Shown: piece by piece, positions 10,650-23,500 of the stretch
How positions within the stretch are numbered: position 1 is the first letter of the stretch
Layout of the letters: each line of letters opens with the position of its first letter
Origin: Haplodiscus bocki
Taxonomy: Eukaryota
Assembly (NCBI GenBank): GCA_965655095.1
Contig: OZ296657.1
Location: forward strand, 51,398,001-51,462,000
DNA: 64,000 nt
Direction of reading: 5' to 3'
Program-made: the position numbers and the translations under genes
The notes under the pieces: generated by a model
Databases searched by the model: none
Told to the model about the DNA's origin: nothing
Seen by the model: the letters and a program-made list of their open reading frames with translations, nothing else

Positions 10650-11454
10650 TTAAAACGTTTTTTAGGTTGGAGATGAATTGTGGAGCCTTTTCTAAACATC
10701 AAAACAAGATGAGTGATACCAACCGATACAAGGGATCCTTTTCCTTCGCTCGTGTTTCTGGAGTCAATGTGACTTCCATGAATAGAATTTTTGAGCAGCA
10801 GTCTGAATTGTATGTGAAGATTTCTATACGTCTGATTGTTGATGCACTATCCTGAAGTGTTAATGTCTCCAGTGGAGATAAAAGGTAACTAACTCAACAT
10901 TGGTGCCCTCGTGTCGCCAATGATATTGTATTCAATCGGGTCCGTGTATATCATGAGATTGTTTATGAGAATGTAAGCAATTTCTGGTTTATAAGGTCCT
11001 CCTACTCTCAACATCACTCCAAACTCAATGCCAACAATACTTCAGAAAATTTGTCCCAAGGCCGCACTAAAGAATGTAAGATTCACTTGCAGGGAAACTT
11101 TCATTTTTTTGCGTTCTTCGAGACACTTTAGCTGTGATACAGCTTTCGATGTGATTGTGTCTTTCTTGAATGACAGTTTTCATGGCTTCACCAAACTCCG
11201 TAATGGAAGGGTGCAAACTGGGTTCTAGATAGTAAAATTCTGGCAACTTTGAACGTTTCTTATTAAAAAAACATGAACTTACTCTCTGCGATCCTTTGGT
11301 ACATTGAGTGGTAGGAAAGATCTGAAAATGCAACTTCCCATTGACCCTACAGAATCAGTTGTTTATGTAAAATTTTCGTAAGATTTCTGATTGTTTTGTC
11401 TGGGAAAGGTTGCGATGATGCTTCGAAAAACAACTCTATTGTAAACGATTGCAT
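10650..11454 (-). pseudogene. Polinton minor capsid/penton protein (PX), fragmented
   Basis: N-terminus MQSFTIELFFEASSQPFPDKTIRNLTKILHKQLIL*GQWEVAFSDLSY (cf. FxITLxSNxS..FPxNT..F...LP..L.G.WEVAL.EI.YP). Later fragments 'YYLEPSLHPSITE' and 'LMIYTDPIEYNIIGDTRAPML'. Confidence 0.82.
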
Positions 11455-11455
11455 T

Positions 11456-12345
11456 CTTAAATGACTTCGATCAACACTTTTTGATAAAATTTACCACGGA
11501 TAAATTCATCAAGTTCAACCTTTATTGTGTATGTTGGAGGTTTTCTGGAAGAAATTGCAACTATCTCATGAACTTCTTGCGTGAAATGTGGCTAGTCACC
11601 CTTTCTGGAGGATAAGTCATTCTTCAAGATGAAAAATCTGTATCTATTTTTAAACTTGGCTTTTGTATCTTCTCGTAGTGACTTGCTGTACAGAATGGAC
11701 AAAAACTCAGATTTATTGACATTTTTGGTAACAAGTCTTTCGAGCTTTTTTGCGGAATTCAGGGTTGTGACGAAATGAGACAATTTGTGAATCTACTTGT
11801 TTCATTAAATTGCCAGGTAACAGTAAAGTAAATCTTTGAAGGATCGTATGCTACGTTCAGCAAATGCAGCGTTGGTTTCACCCATTATACAGTTGATTTG
11901 TTTTGCTTCAGCTTTCCAAAGTTTTTCGAACTGTCCAGCATTTTCTGTTCCCCTCTCGACCCAAAATTCCTTTGGTCGTTTTTTCTCTGTTATCATAGTC
12001 AAAAATGCACGAAATACTTCCTTGGAATCTATTAATTTCAATTTTTTGGAATCTACGGTTCCATCAAACAGGTCTTGATGAACTAGAATATACTTCACAA
12101 CATTCTTGTTTTTCGATAGTTTATCAACGTATGCCAAGTCTATACACCAAAATTCATTTTTGAATCTGGCAAGTGGTTTCATTCTCTTTATATTACCTAT
12201 GGCAAGAAAAACTTTTGAAAAGGAAGGCTTCGAATCAAAGAATTGTCTCACCTTTGATACTGACAGATTGATAGCTTTCACTATGTTGGGCACAGATCCA
12301 TAAGCAACACCTCTACGTGCGAACAGTTTTTGCAGCTTCTGAGAT
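11456..12345 (-). pseudogene. Polinton RVE (retroviral-like DDE) integrase, disrupted
   Basis: ORF 11805-12293: 'FWCIDLAYVD..KYILVHQDLF..WVERGTEN..AAFAERSIRSFK' (D, D->E, E). C-terminal 'RKGD*PHFTQEVHEIVAISSRKPPTYTIK' is typical of Polinton integrase tails. Confidence 0.9.
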
Positions 12346-12347
12346 GT

Positions 12348-12754
12348 TCAGGTTTTGGAAGGGACCCAGCTTTCTTTAGATTTGGCATTCTGGTTCGGAA
12401 TCGGAATCGGAGATAAACCAGCGGCGTCAAGTAAATTAAAATAAAAGTCTGGAACGTCTGCGTTTTTACAACGAAGATGTTGAGCAAAAATTGACAGAAA
12501 AAGAGTCCAGTTTCCAAACCATCCAAAAGTGAAGATAGCGAACTTGAGAGCTTGATACGTGGACAACACAAAAATTTGTCTACTAAAGAGTCTGCTTTGA
12601 CAAATAGTTTTTCGTTTATCTCCTTCTTGAGTGAATCAACTTGGTGCGCGGAATTTTGTAAAAGTTGATGCTTTGGGAGTTCCTGCTATGGAGCTCACTG
12701 GGTATTCAAATTCCTGTTGTACACAGAAGCAGGAACTAGGACAAACTGCTCCAT
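12348..12754 (-). pseudogene. Polinton ORF between ATPase and integrase (function unknown)
   Basis: Starts MEQFVLVPASVYN and ends ..DVPDFYFNLLDAAGLSPIPIPNQNAKSKESWVPSKT*; tightly packed between its neighbours. Confidence 0.5.
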
Positions 12755-12764
12755 GTCAAGACAA

Positions 12765-13699
12765 TTGGTTAACTACGGGTCGATTATTAATTTTAATGAG
12801 GTCTAACTTTTTTCCAGACGCCAGAATGTCTCAGCTTTGCTTCCAAAAAGTTCATTTTAGAGACAAAATGGATTTTTGTTTCGAAATTTTGCCACGTGAT
12901 GTCTTTTAATACTTTGCAGTTTTCCTTTGAGCAGATTTATTACGCATTCGCGCAGTCACCGGGTAAACTTTTTGGACAACACTGAAGGAATGGTCTTTTA
13001 CGCTTGTCGGAAAAGAAAGGAACTCTTGGAAAGTAGAGAGATTTTGTGTTCGTCCTCCAAAAACTTTATTTGTTTCAAGCGTTCTGGTATATAAAACATT
13101 GAAGGAAATGATCCAGTGTTTGTGCAGTAACGTAGTCGACCGTCTGTTCCTGGCGACAATTCAAGCAACAAATGGCCATGGGGCACAGACGTTGGGTCTC
13201 GATACCAGTCAACATGGTCCGATCCGCGCACAACTGTGCACTAAGCGTGCTGACTTGCTTCACGTCACCGGGAGATCTGAAGAGAACAATGCGCGTGTTT
13301 TGGAGCTCAACGTCTCGCCCAAGATTCTTTTGTTGAAACAAGTTGTGCTCAATGTAGATAGTACTCAACCCACGGTGTTTTCCAGCATTGGCAACATCAA
13401 TCAATGCTTTCGAATTACAAATTTTTTTCGCAAGAAGTATCGAAGAGTAACAAGGACTTTTTAACGTTGCTTTTTAACAAATCTATAATATAAAAATTCA
13501 TACCTCGAACAAACTCAACATTACCAATTTTCTTGAATACCATCGTAAAATGGTTGCGAGTATTAATAAAAAAAATGTCAGATTTTTTTTGAAACGTTCC
13601 ATTTGTAGGCCAATTTTAAATAAATTGAGACTTTCCTGTCTCGGACGGCATGAACAACGATATGAAGACGCGAGTTTTTGTAGAAAATATCTTATTCAT
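12765..13699 (-). pseudogene. A32/FtsK-like genome-packaging ATPase, disrupted
   Basis: MNKIFSTKTRVFISLFMPSETGKS (Walker A, first G lost); 'LLLFDTSCEKI' (Walker B); 'GKHRGLSTIYIEHNLFQQ..QNTRIVLFRSPGDVKQV'; 'PHGHLLLELSPGTDGRLRYCTN'. Confidence 0.88.
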
Positions 13700-14061
13700 A
13701 TCCTTGGTGAGGGTAAAATGTACCTTGCTGCAGTACACAAAACTACCACACAAACAGTTGATTCGTCACAAGTGTTTGCAAAATGAGTTCTTTTAAAGCA
13801 GCCAAAGATAGTCAACAAATTGTCATAAAGTAAGGACAAAAACATAATTAAACATCTGGAACAGTTTTGTACCGCACAGGACCACGATTTTCTCTCCTGA
13901 ATGTGGTCGTCAAAAACTTTTTACCTAGAATATTACTACTTTCCTGATCGATATCTTTCTGGCACGCCCATTTTCTTATTAATGAATAACGGAAAAAAAG
14001 TTCAAACGATTTATACGATTTAATTTCGTAGATAGTGACAAAAAAGATCACAAAACAAAAA

Positions 14062-14520
14062 TTACAACTTCAAATGCTGCATTGTCCAGTTGCCAATCAA
14101 TTCTGTTGGGCTCTCTCCACGGTGATTTGTGGTCTTGGGTCTCAATGCGTAACTCGAGTGTATCCACAGTTCCTCATATCTTTGCCCAAGATCTTGAACT
14201 TTGGGACAGCCATGATCTTCCAAATTTTTCGCTATTTTCTCCATTAAATTGCCCAGAATCTTGGTTTTTTCTGTCTTTTTCGCAAATTAGTCAGCCTATA
14301 AAGCTCTCGGAAAAAAATTTGGCAAGCTCACTGTAATCCAAATTGCCACTGTTCCACACAATCATGTGCATTTTTCTTGTACACCAGAACGCCTTTTTTG
14401 TGGACTTGCGCTTGCTATGGAGAACAAAATGACTTTCTGAACATTCCCCTCAATAAAAACTCCCAAATGTTTATTAATGTTTTTATCTGCAGGCTCAATA
14501 TCTAGTACAATGCCAGACAT
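14062..14520 (-). pseudogene. Accessory ORF resembling a DEDD/DnaQ-like 3'-5' exonuclease fold
   Basis: MSGIVLDIEPADKNINKHLGVF.. (hhhDxE), 'WCTRKMHMIVWNSGNLDYSEL' (cf. HGI.W..G), 'NLEDHGCPKVQDL..TTNHRGE'. Confidence 0.45.
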
Positions 14521-15435
14521 AATGCTTCAAAAATCGACGGAGTTGAAAATGGAAGGCAGTTTTTCTTTCTTCCGAAAAAGCAAAAGATCTGCCCAGTAAC
14601 GTGACCAGGTAAGCATGAATTTGGTCCTCAGCCAAACATGTAACAGTGGCCTGGGGCTTTACCACTATATGATTGCACTGCTCCAGCAGCATCATGTAGT
14701 ATTGCATATAGTCAAAGTATTTTGGAGTGGCAAAATATAAAGTCCAAGTACTAGTCCCCAAAAACCAATGGTTGCAACAAATACAACTTTTTGGTCCATC
14801 TCACGTAAAAAAAAGTCTATCATCCCCACGAAAACATGCACTGAGAAATTGGTTTTTTACAAGCACCATTGTATTCAAATTACAATTTCAGCCCGAATAC
14901 GACCGGAATTTGCTCGTTAGAAAGAGAACATCCATTCTTGACGAAGTTTGTTTTATTTTATGATCAGTTGTTCCATCCAGTACAAGGCACCGCTTGAAAA
15001 ATATGTCATTGTAACCCAATAGATATACTACTTTTGCCAAAAACGACTGGTATTCTGTCAACATGAGGTCAATTTCACTGTGTTTGAGGTACAAATTGCT
15101 TGGGTGACGGTACACGACAATATTTAGCGTGTCTCTATTAGTCTTTGAATTTACTTTTCTTCTACCATTAAAAATTGTCCATTTTTGGCAGAAAATTGCT
15201 CCCTTCTAATCATTCTTTTCAATGTCTGGTAACTGTTGTATTTCATCTGCAATTAGTGTAAGTTTCTCGGGAGATTTCCTTGGAGTTGTAAGTACAACAT
15301 GATAAAGTCCCAATTTCGATTTTAACTTAAGAAATGGGTTGCCCCTGATTCCATTGTTTCAGCCTCATTCTGGACCCAAAAAAAAGAAATAGTTAAAGAG
15401 TGAATCGTTGCAAACAATTACAAATGGGGTTTTTA

Positions 15436-16022
15436 CTTAGGACATTACAAATTGGTTCTTCAGTTAAAATTTCATCATTTACAGAATTGATTAAATCAAG
15501 TAGACAGCTAAATTCACCGAATTTTCATTTCACCTAAACAACTTGTTGAAACCCTGCGTCTTCTTTCTTTCTTGCAAGTAATCGGACTTGGGAAATTGTA
15601 CTCTCGCTTGTCCACTTGGTACCGCTGCAGAGTCACGCAAAGCGTTTTGTTTGCCCGGTCCACTACCTTAATGACCTTGTGTAAGAACCAAATTGAGAAT
15701 TGAGTTGATGATCCATACCTCTGGACATTGTTGGTATTAGCAATGGAGACAAGTTTTCCTCTCTACCAAATTTTTCTGCTGCAATGACCAAAAGATGCCT
15801 CAATCGCATGAACTGGTTGAAGTCTGCCTCTCCCATTTCGAGATTTCGGACCATACGAAAATCTCTGTTGTTACCTCTCTCGAACACTCTATGTTTAACA
15901 TCCAATTAGTTGAAGTCATTTTTCGGCCAGGAGGTCAGTCCTTGTCTGCCTTGGGATTTTGCAAAGTCCACATAATCTGTACCTGTTAACTTGTCCAAGG
16001 AAGCAGTAGTTTTTTAAACCAT
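15436..16022 (-). pseudogene. Polinton accessory ORF, possibly tandem PC4-like ssDNA-binding domains
   Basis: 'TTASLDKLTGTDYVDF..LDVKHRVFERGNNRDFRMVRNLEMGEADFNQFMRLRHLL'. The beta-strands-then-helix pattern appears to recur in the second half. Fold assignment is inference. Confidence 0.35.
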
Positions 16023-16149
16023 GGGTGAATGAGATAGCACACTGGTAGCTAAAAGAAGTGGATATTTTTTGACAAAAAAGTTAATGAATAATCTTGGAGT
16101 TGAAAAATTTTGCTTTCATACGCTTTTTTTGTCATTGTCACAAGACGTA

Positions 16150-16655
16150 TGCAAATGAAGAGATTCTTTCTTTTTTGGGTCATTGGCACATGACAATTCC
16201 TTGAATGGAACCTTTTTTCCTTTTACGGTAGGTTTGCACAAAGGGTTTTCTTGTTTTTGTGTAGTTAGGTTTTTGCTTCCCAGATTCATTTGTTCAAAAC
16301 TTTACCAAGCATGCGGGTGGCAGCTTGATTGTTACAAGTGATTCCCAGTTTTCATGCAGAGTCTTTAATAAACAGCCTTTTCCTTTTTGCAAGCTCAAGC
16401 GAAAAAAATATTGTGAACAAAGGGTACTGCATTGGCCACCACGATGACATGATGTGCTTTTCACCCACTTGCAGATATCACATTTTATTGCAAGTAGTGT
16501 TGAGGAGTTGCTGCAAAACTGCACCCCTTTTGTTTCACTTATCCAGTTATCAACACGTGGACTGTCTCTATACTCTTTTCAAGTGTAACTTCGGAAAAAC
16601 ATTTTTTCAAGAGCGGCAAAGTGTTTGGTACTGTGCAAAATGCAGTTTGCATTAA
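16150..16655 (+). pseudogene. Cys/His-rich Polinton accessory ORF remnant
   Basis: ORF 16329-16655 'GYCIGHHDDMMCFSPTCRYH..CCK..HVDC..WYCAKCSLH'. Confidence 0.3.
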
Positions 16656-17109
16656 TCAAAAAAACAGATTAGTGGACAGAATGCCCAGCATCGCAAAAAC
16701 GAGACTCTTGAGGAAAAAGTACAGAAAGCATTCATTGGGCTCTTTCGAAGATACCAAATTAACGCAAACCAGTGGATCAGTCTCTGCAGAAAGAAACGAA
16801 CAATTTGAAAAGACAAAAGTTCAACTGGAAAAGATAAAACTCGTAGACTGTTTCCTAGATGGTTATGGTAGTTATAGTAGCAAATTACTAACTTTTTAAA
16901 TTAAATCTTTAAAAGCTCACAGTTTTTTTCAACTCAGAGAGTTTAGAAAAATCAAACAGTAGTGTCAACAAAATAGCCATCACAGCCATCCTCATCCTCA
17001 CAACAATAAAATTAGCAAATAAACAAGCTCCATCGACTATCAGGCAAAGACAAGTTGTAGACTCCTCACTTTTTTTTATATTAGCCATTTTTATGCTAGA
17101 ACTGAAAAA

Positions 17110-17630
17110 CAAAAATCAGATTTTTAGTACGAAACTTCATATCGCGTCAGTTTTTCAATGAAAAACTTTTCGTGCTGTCAGATTTTGACCCTAACTTCTC
17201 ACAACGTTTCAGATTTTCCCTTCAAAATTGTTTTTCTTGTCAGAATAAGAAACTCAGTTTTGAGGAAGAAATCTTATTCAAAATTCTGATTTTGAGTTCC
17301 ATTTTTTTAAAGAAATCAGAATTTGAAGAAAGTGTGAAGTTCAAAAATCTTGTTTTGACTCATTTTACCCCGTCAAAAAACAAATTCAGCATTCTTGTGT
17401 TTTCCCAAAAAGCATGATTTTGAGGCAAACTTTCAACGAAAAATTCAGATTTTGAAGTAACTTTTTAGAAAAATCAGTTATTTTAAAAAGTCTGATTTGG
17501 AATTGAAGTCATTTCTCTCCTCAGATTCGACTTGAAAATTCAACAACGCTTCTGATTTTGTATTTAAAAATTTTTAACGTGTCAGATTTTTACTCTAAAT
17601 TTTTTTCGTCTGGGCAGATTTTGAATTTTT
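17110..17630 (+). repeat. Degenerate minisatellite built on a TC[AT]GATTTT core, in the Polinton central non-coding region
   Basis: About 15 occurrences of TCAGATTTT/TCTGATTTT-like cores spaced ~20-45 bp, separated by A/T runs (e.g. ~17117, 17178, 17209, 17285, 17446, 17552, 17582, 17615). Confidence 0.75.
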
Positions 17631-20599
17631 TCTTTCACTTTTTCTTCTGTTCTAATCCAACCTAGGCCCACCACATAAACATTTCGAAACTTTTTCCTGC
17701 ATACAAGCATTTACAGTTACAGCTTACTATATCTTCGTCACTTAGATAATAGTTTTCGCCACCGATCAACAATACCTCTTGTTTTCATTTGAGCAAGGAT
17801 TTTGACATTTGACTTTGCTATGGTGTCCTACTTTTTTCTCTGTATGGACTTTTTTCTCCGTTTGGACTTGATACATGCAGAAAGTTGCTGCTACTAGTGA
17901 AAGCAATGGCAAAAGAGTTAGAACTGTTTTTGTCTCACGCTTCTCTGACTGGATTTAGAAGAGACGTTTTGATAATTTGTAAAATGTTAATTATGTTTTT
18001 TATCAAACCACATACACAGTAATACTTATTGAAACAAATCTCTTTAAACATATTCAGGAAGATTTTCTTTATTTGTTTCAAATGGACGAACCTTTAGCAG
18101 TGCAGGAAGTTGTATTGGTATCTGAGAGACTGGTGTTGTGGGAGGAGAGTTCTCCTTATACTTCTCTTCGTCGAGCAGATTGGGGTTTTCTGCTGATCCT
18201 ATCATCTCCAAATCGTCAAATGCTGGTGGGAAAAGGGGTATCATATTATGGTATAAAGACCGCGTTTACATCCAACAGATCGTGTTGCCAATATATTTCA
18301 ATTTCGTCGAGATCAGACACCTGATACCCGCTTTTGTCCATATCTTGTGCACCTACACTTGAGAGCACATCGCCCTTCATCTCCATTCTCCCTTGATGGT
18401 TGGTGGTATTTAGAACTCGCGGTGATGGTTGTTCAAAAACCCTTGTCTTCCAGGCAACAACAAACTCCAAGCTGCCATAGGAACTTCTTGTGAACTTGTT
18501 GTCGTTTCTTGGACAAAATTGCTCACACTTAGTGTATCTGAATCTGGTCCAAAGTCGAGAGACCACTCGATACCGTCGTCGGAGACTGAGAAAGTCAGGT
18601 TGATTTACTGTAGACTGAAAATGTACGAAACGAAAATCGAAAACATTTTTTGGTTACCTGTATCAACCAATGGGGAGTCGACACGCTTATGTCACAAGGG
18701 GGATTAATTTTGCCATTTTCGGAATAGGTTCGGGTGTGGTTGATTGTGATCGGCGGAAAATTTCTTGTAAATTTTGTTTTTGTTTTTTTTTTAGGCTCGA
18801 CTCATGTTTCCACGAAGCAATATGTGCAATCAGCGCCAAACAACAGAATTGTCGGTTTTTGGTCCCCAAAAGGAATATTCAAAACTTGGCAGCCAGTTGT
18901 ACATTTGTGTTTCTTCAAGAATATAAATCCCTTGGTCACACTTCGAGAAAAACGAATTTGTTTGTTCCTCAAAAGGAATTTCGCGCACCTGACACGTTGA
19001 CGTGCACTGATGACAATGATATTCGCTTTTGCCGAAATATTCGAAAGTCTTTTTTTCCGCTCACAAGTTATACCCGAACACATTGTATTCGGATATACAA
19101 GTTCCCAATAAAACAAATAATGAAATTGTCATACAGAATTTCAGAGCGAACGTGCTAAACATCGAATTGGCTCTCAGTTTTGCCACAATTGTTTTCAACG
19201 TAACATCGGTTTTTGTAGAAGTGGTGATTTTTGCTAAGGTTAAAATTGACAATTTCTGTGAGTATAAATTGATCACATGTAGTTCAAACATTCCGATGGA
19301 AAAAACGCAAGAATTTGTGTTCTGAAATCGGAACAAAAGATGAATATATCTATTTAGACGTTCAATGACATTTTTAGAGTAGTGAGCGAAGAGATTGTCT
19401 TTCGACTTTGTAGAACCGATATCAATTTTGGGTTTCCATAATGGAATCTGTAAACACTTGCTTGTTTTAGTGAAAGTTTAGAGAGAATCGCGAAGACTGT
19501 CAACCAATGAATTGAGTTCTATTGTGCAAAAATTCACTTCCTCTTGGAGGTTGCAACGATTCTGTGTCTTCACATCCCAAAAATGGAACAATTTGATAGG
19601 AAAAGTCTTTTTGTTGGAACTTTTGGTAACATGTGCTATTCGATGCTGGGCCTTTGAATTGTCAAATATGTTGTGGAAAAAAATAGCTATGTACGTCAGT
19701 TTCTTCCAAAAACTCCACTGGTCTTTCATTGTAAATACAAGAACGTTTGCGCAAATTGGGACCTTGTATTTTGACAGACATCAGCTACTTTAGTCAGTAA
19801 ATTTTGCAAAAAGATTTTATTGGCGGTGTAGTGGTGAAAACATCGAAGATTTTGAGTTTCGACGATAGTAATGCTTTCAATCAATCAGATTTACTTTATC
19901 CTTTTCGGATAGTTAGACATGAAGCCGTGGTTTAATGGTTAAAACTTTAGTTAATTCGTTAAGTCACTACAATTACTCACGTTGGAAATTACATGAATCA
20001 AAAGCGTTAAACCTCTAGACTACAGTCACTACGCAAAATTCAATATTTTTTTCTTTATCGATTTGATTGACAGTTGAGACAAAATTACACTGGGTGAGCA
20101 ACCTAATTTTTAGAGACAACTTGTTTCCATGTCAGCAGAATTTGTTCAAATTGATTGCATTTCTCCGACAAGCTTTCATTTTATTGTAGAATCCTTGTTC
20201 CACTTAAGTAAGATTCTGAGACAACGTTTTTCCCTACCAGTGGGAAACTAATCCGCGTGATTGACCTTCTCAGACGTTTTGCCACCATTCTATGGGACTT
20301 TGTTCCCCTTGCAAAGGTTTTCCCAAACAAGCTGTCTAAACATTTTAATTACTATTTTAAAATTACACTGCAAGTTTTCAGTTTGAAAGAAAATAATTGA
20401 AAACTCCTTTTATGATTGGTATTTATTTTTATGGTTAGTTTTTCCAGTTATGGTTTTTCCATAAAAAGTAAGATTGCATTGAGTAACACTCGCGATATAT
20501 TTTTCGCCATTATTACTTTTGCATTGCGACAGTCAATTTCTTTCTTCCACAATTTATACGTTAAATCTAGACTATTCTGTTTCATCCATCTTTACTCAA

Positions 20600-23500
20600 A
20601 TGCCTTCGCTAACCCGAAAAAAACTATTACTAGCAAAAACTGTGGAACACAAACATTAAGAAACAATTTAGTTGGCCACAAGAAGGGATGTTCAATTGGA
20701 ACCCTGTACTCCACTAATTGTCCCAATTCCTCAACAACCTCTCAACCTGACTTAAAATATCGCATTGCTAAGAAGCACGGCACTCCAAAACCTGTCGTTG
20801 CCTTCTTGTGTGAATTTTTATCAAGTTTTTTCAAAATTTTACGCTTTATGACAACATTAAATCACTCAACATGGCTTTCCCATCAAGAGAACAATCGTTG
20901 ATCCTGACGATATCATCAAGGAAGTAGATGGCAATAATCTTGAAGACGAACTGCGTTCATGCCAAAACTTCCCTGTAAATTGTGAACTTAAACGCGCGAA
21001 ACACTAAGCCTTCCTATATGCTATAGAAAACCCCAACGCAACAATAGTGGATAAGAATTTTCATCACTTCTTCAACAATATAAAGTGTGCAGCCAAAGTG
21101 AATCCAGCTTTTGCTTTCATTTTGGAAAATATAGAAGATGGAGGATTCAGATACTTTAACGCGCACAAAAAACAAAACCCTGCGGGATTGATCCAAACTT
21201 GTGTGCACCAGGGACGACTCTGCGGAGATATAGGATGTTTTCTGACGTCATCGGGTTGTACAGCAGTGAAAATTTGAACGCAAAGCGCAGGTTCAACAAG
21301 TTGACAAAATTAATACTTTTTGCCGCCGTACGCATAGTGTTACCTTTGGGTTGTAAGGACGCTCTTTTACTCGTATTTCTTCTTCGAAATCACACTGTCA
21401 ATTGCCTCACGTATGAAGAGAATACAATACAACCTTATAACGACAACTAGTGTCTTTTTCCAGCGCTTGCCTTCCATTTGCACAGAAATCAACGACTGGA
21501 AGAAGAAACCTCAAAAAATTTCAATTTGTCCATAAAAGAAATGGATAGACTCCGTCCCAATCAGTTCAAGACAGTCCTTATAAGCAATGTTCCAGTTGTT
21601 GCGGATCTGCTAACACTCTATATACTGCTTTAAGGCATAGATATTGTAGATGGAAACATTATCGGGAAACTTGACGAAAAAGTGTGCAGATTTATAAAAA
21701 GAGTGTCAGAGTGTTCAGATCCAATTTTCGAAAGTGTTGATGCAGTCTTCCAATCCTTTCGTTGCCCTAATTGTGACAATTTCTTCGAATTAACAGTGAA
21801 TTTGGAGCGAGATTTAACTGCATGCAGTGAACGAGTGAAAATGTGTATCCCAGGAACGTCAATCAAATTCGCAAAACTCTCTTTGACAAGCTGGACTCTC
21901 GTTATAGGGTACAAGAGTGACAAAAAAAAACATTTTCAAGTTTTCCCAGCGTTCGACTTGTGTCCACGAGGAGACTTTCAAAGACACAAGCATAACTACC
22001 TGGATAGGGAGCATATCCCGATATCTGTATTCGTTTTCTCAAACATTGTTAAGGACCCATTTTTCTTCTGCAACTCTGATCCTCATCACCTTTTAGCATC
22101 CTTTAATGGGTCTCTCAAAGATCTGGTTTTTACAACAGAACTCAATTGAAACTTTTGTTTCTCGATAACGAGACAACAATATAAAGTAAACTGGGCAGCA
22201 TCTTGGAGAAACTCAATCAACGTCACACTCAGCGGGATCCAGCCAGTCTGGATGATTGTGAAAAAGAACGTTGTGCCTCCACTCAGTTCTTTCAGATACA
22301 AAAGAATCAATTAATTGAACTGCAGGAACACTTGGATTGATATTGCAATGTATTGCTTGTGTTTGGTTTCAACAGTGCAAGTTTTGATCTCAATATAATC
22401 AAATTTTATTCGCTACCCATTTTGGTTAACAAACGAGACATTGAAGCCACTGTCATCAAGAAAGCGAACCAGTTCATTGCATTCAAATTTGGCGATTTTC
22501 AGCTATTGGATATAATGAATTTTCTTGGCGGAGCAACAAGTCTGGATTCATTCTTGAAGGCATACAAAACTTCAGAAACAAAAAGATTTTTCCCCTACGG
22601 ATGGTTTGATCACGCTGATGAAATGCAGAATACAGAACTTCCCCCATATGACGCCTTTTACAGTAAACTTCATAGCTCTAACCCTCTTGAAGCCGAATAC
22701 ATGGACTATGTTAACCTATTGAAAAGTGGATCGACTACAGAACAAGCGGTCGTCAAATTAAAACTATCAAAGCCACCCCTACTGGAATTGAGAAGTATCA
22801 ATACCTGCAACAAATATGGAAGCAGGAACAATAGAGCTCATTCAAAGAGTTTTTGCGGTGGTATAACAAAAAAGATGTTGTGCCAACTTTAGAAGCAATG
22901 CAAAAAATGATTGCTTTTTACCATGACAAAGATTTCGATGCGCTGAAGCTTGGTTGTACTTTACCAAACCTGGGCAACATTTGTCTATACGAATCGACAG
23001 ATACAAAATTTCATGTTTCATGGAAGCAGATCAAGACCTGTTGGGGAAAAACTGAGAACATGATGTTGGTGGTCCTTCTATCGTTTTTCCACGGAAAGCA
23101 GTTGTTGTTGACACTTTTTTTTCCGAAAGTCCACAAAAATATGCAATTGTCAATTGTGGGATTGATTCTAGCCAACTACACCCCTAACCGATGGGTCAAT
23201 TCATACCCACCGGTCTTTATACGCGTTGGGATATCAATACACAGACAAGTAGATTCACACCTCGACAAAACAAGACCCGTAGCTTTTAAAAAAGGGTCAA
23301 GTGTTTTTTTGACGAGCAAGACCAGATTGCAAAAGCGAGAGCTTTTATATAGGAAGCAGACAAAAGAAAAATGACAGCTTCAGTGTTGATGGTTTTTCTT
23401 TCATTGCAACAATGTGTTCGAAGCAAGGGGCTGCTTTCACCACTTTTGTCCCTGCCAAGATGTCCAACCGTCTCTCACTGCAGAGGGTGTTCAAGTTGGA

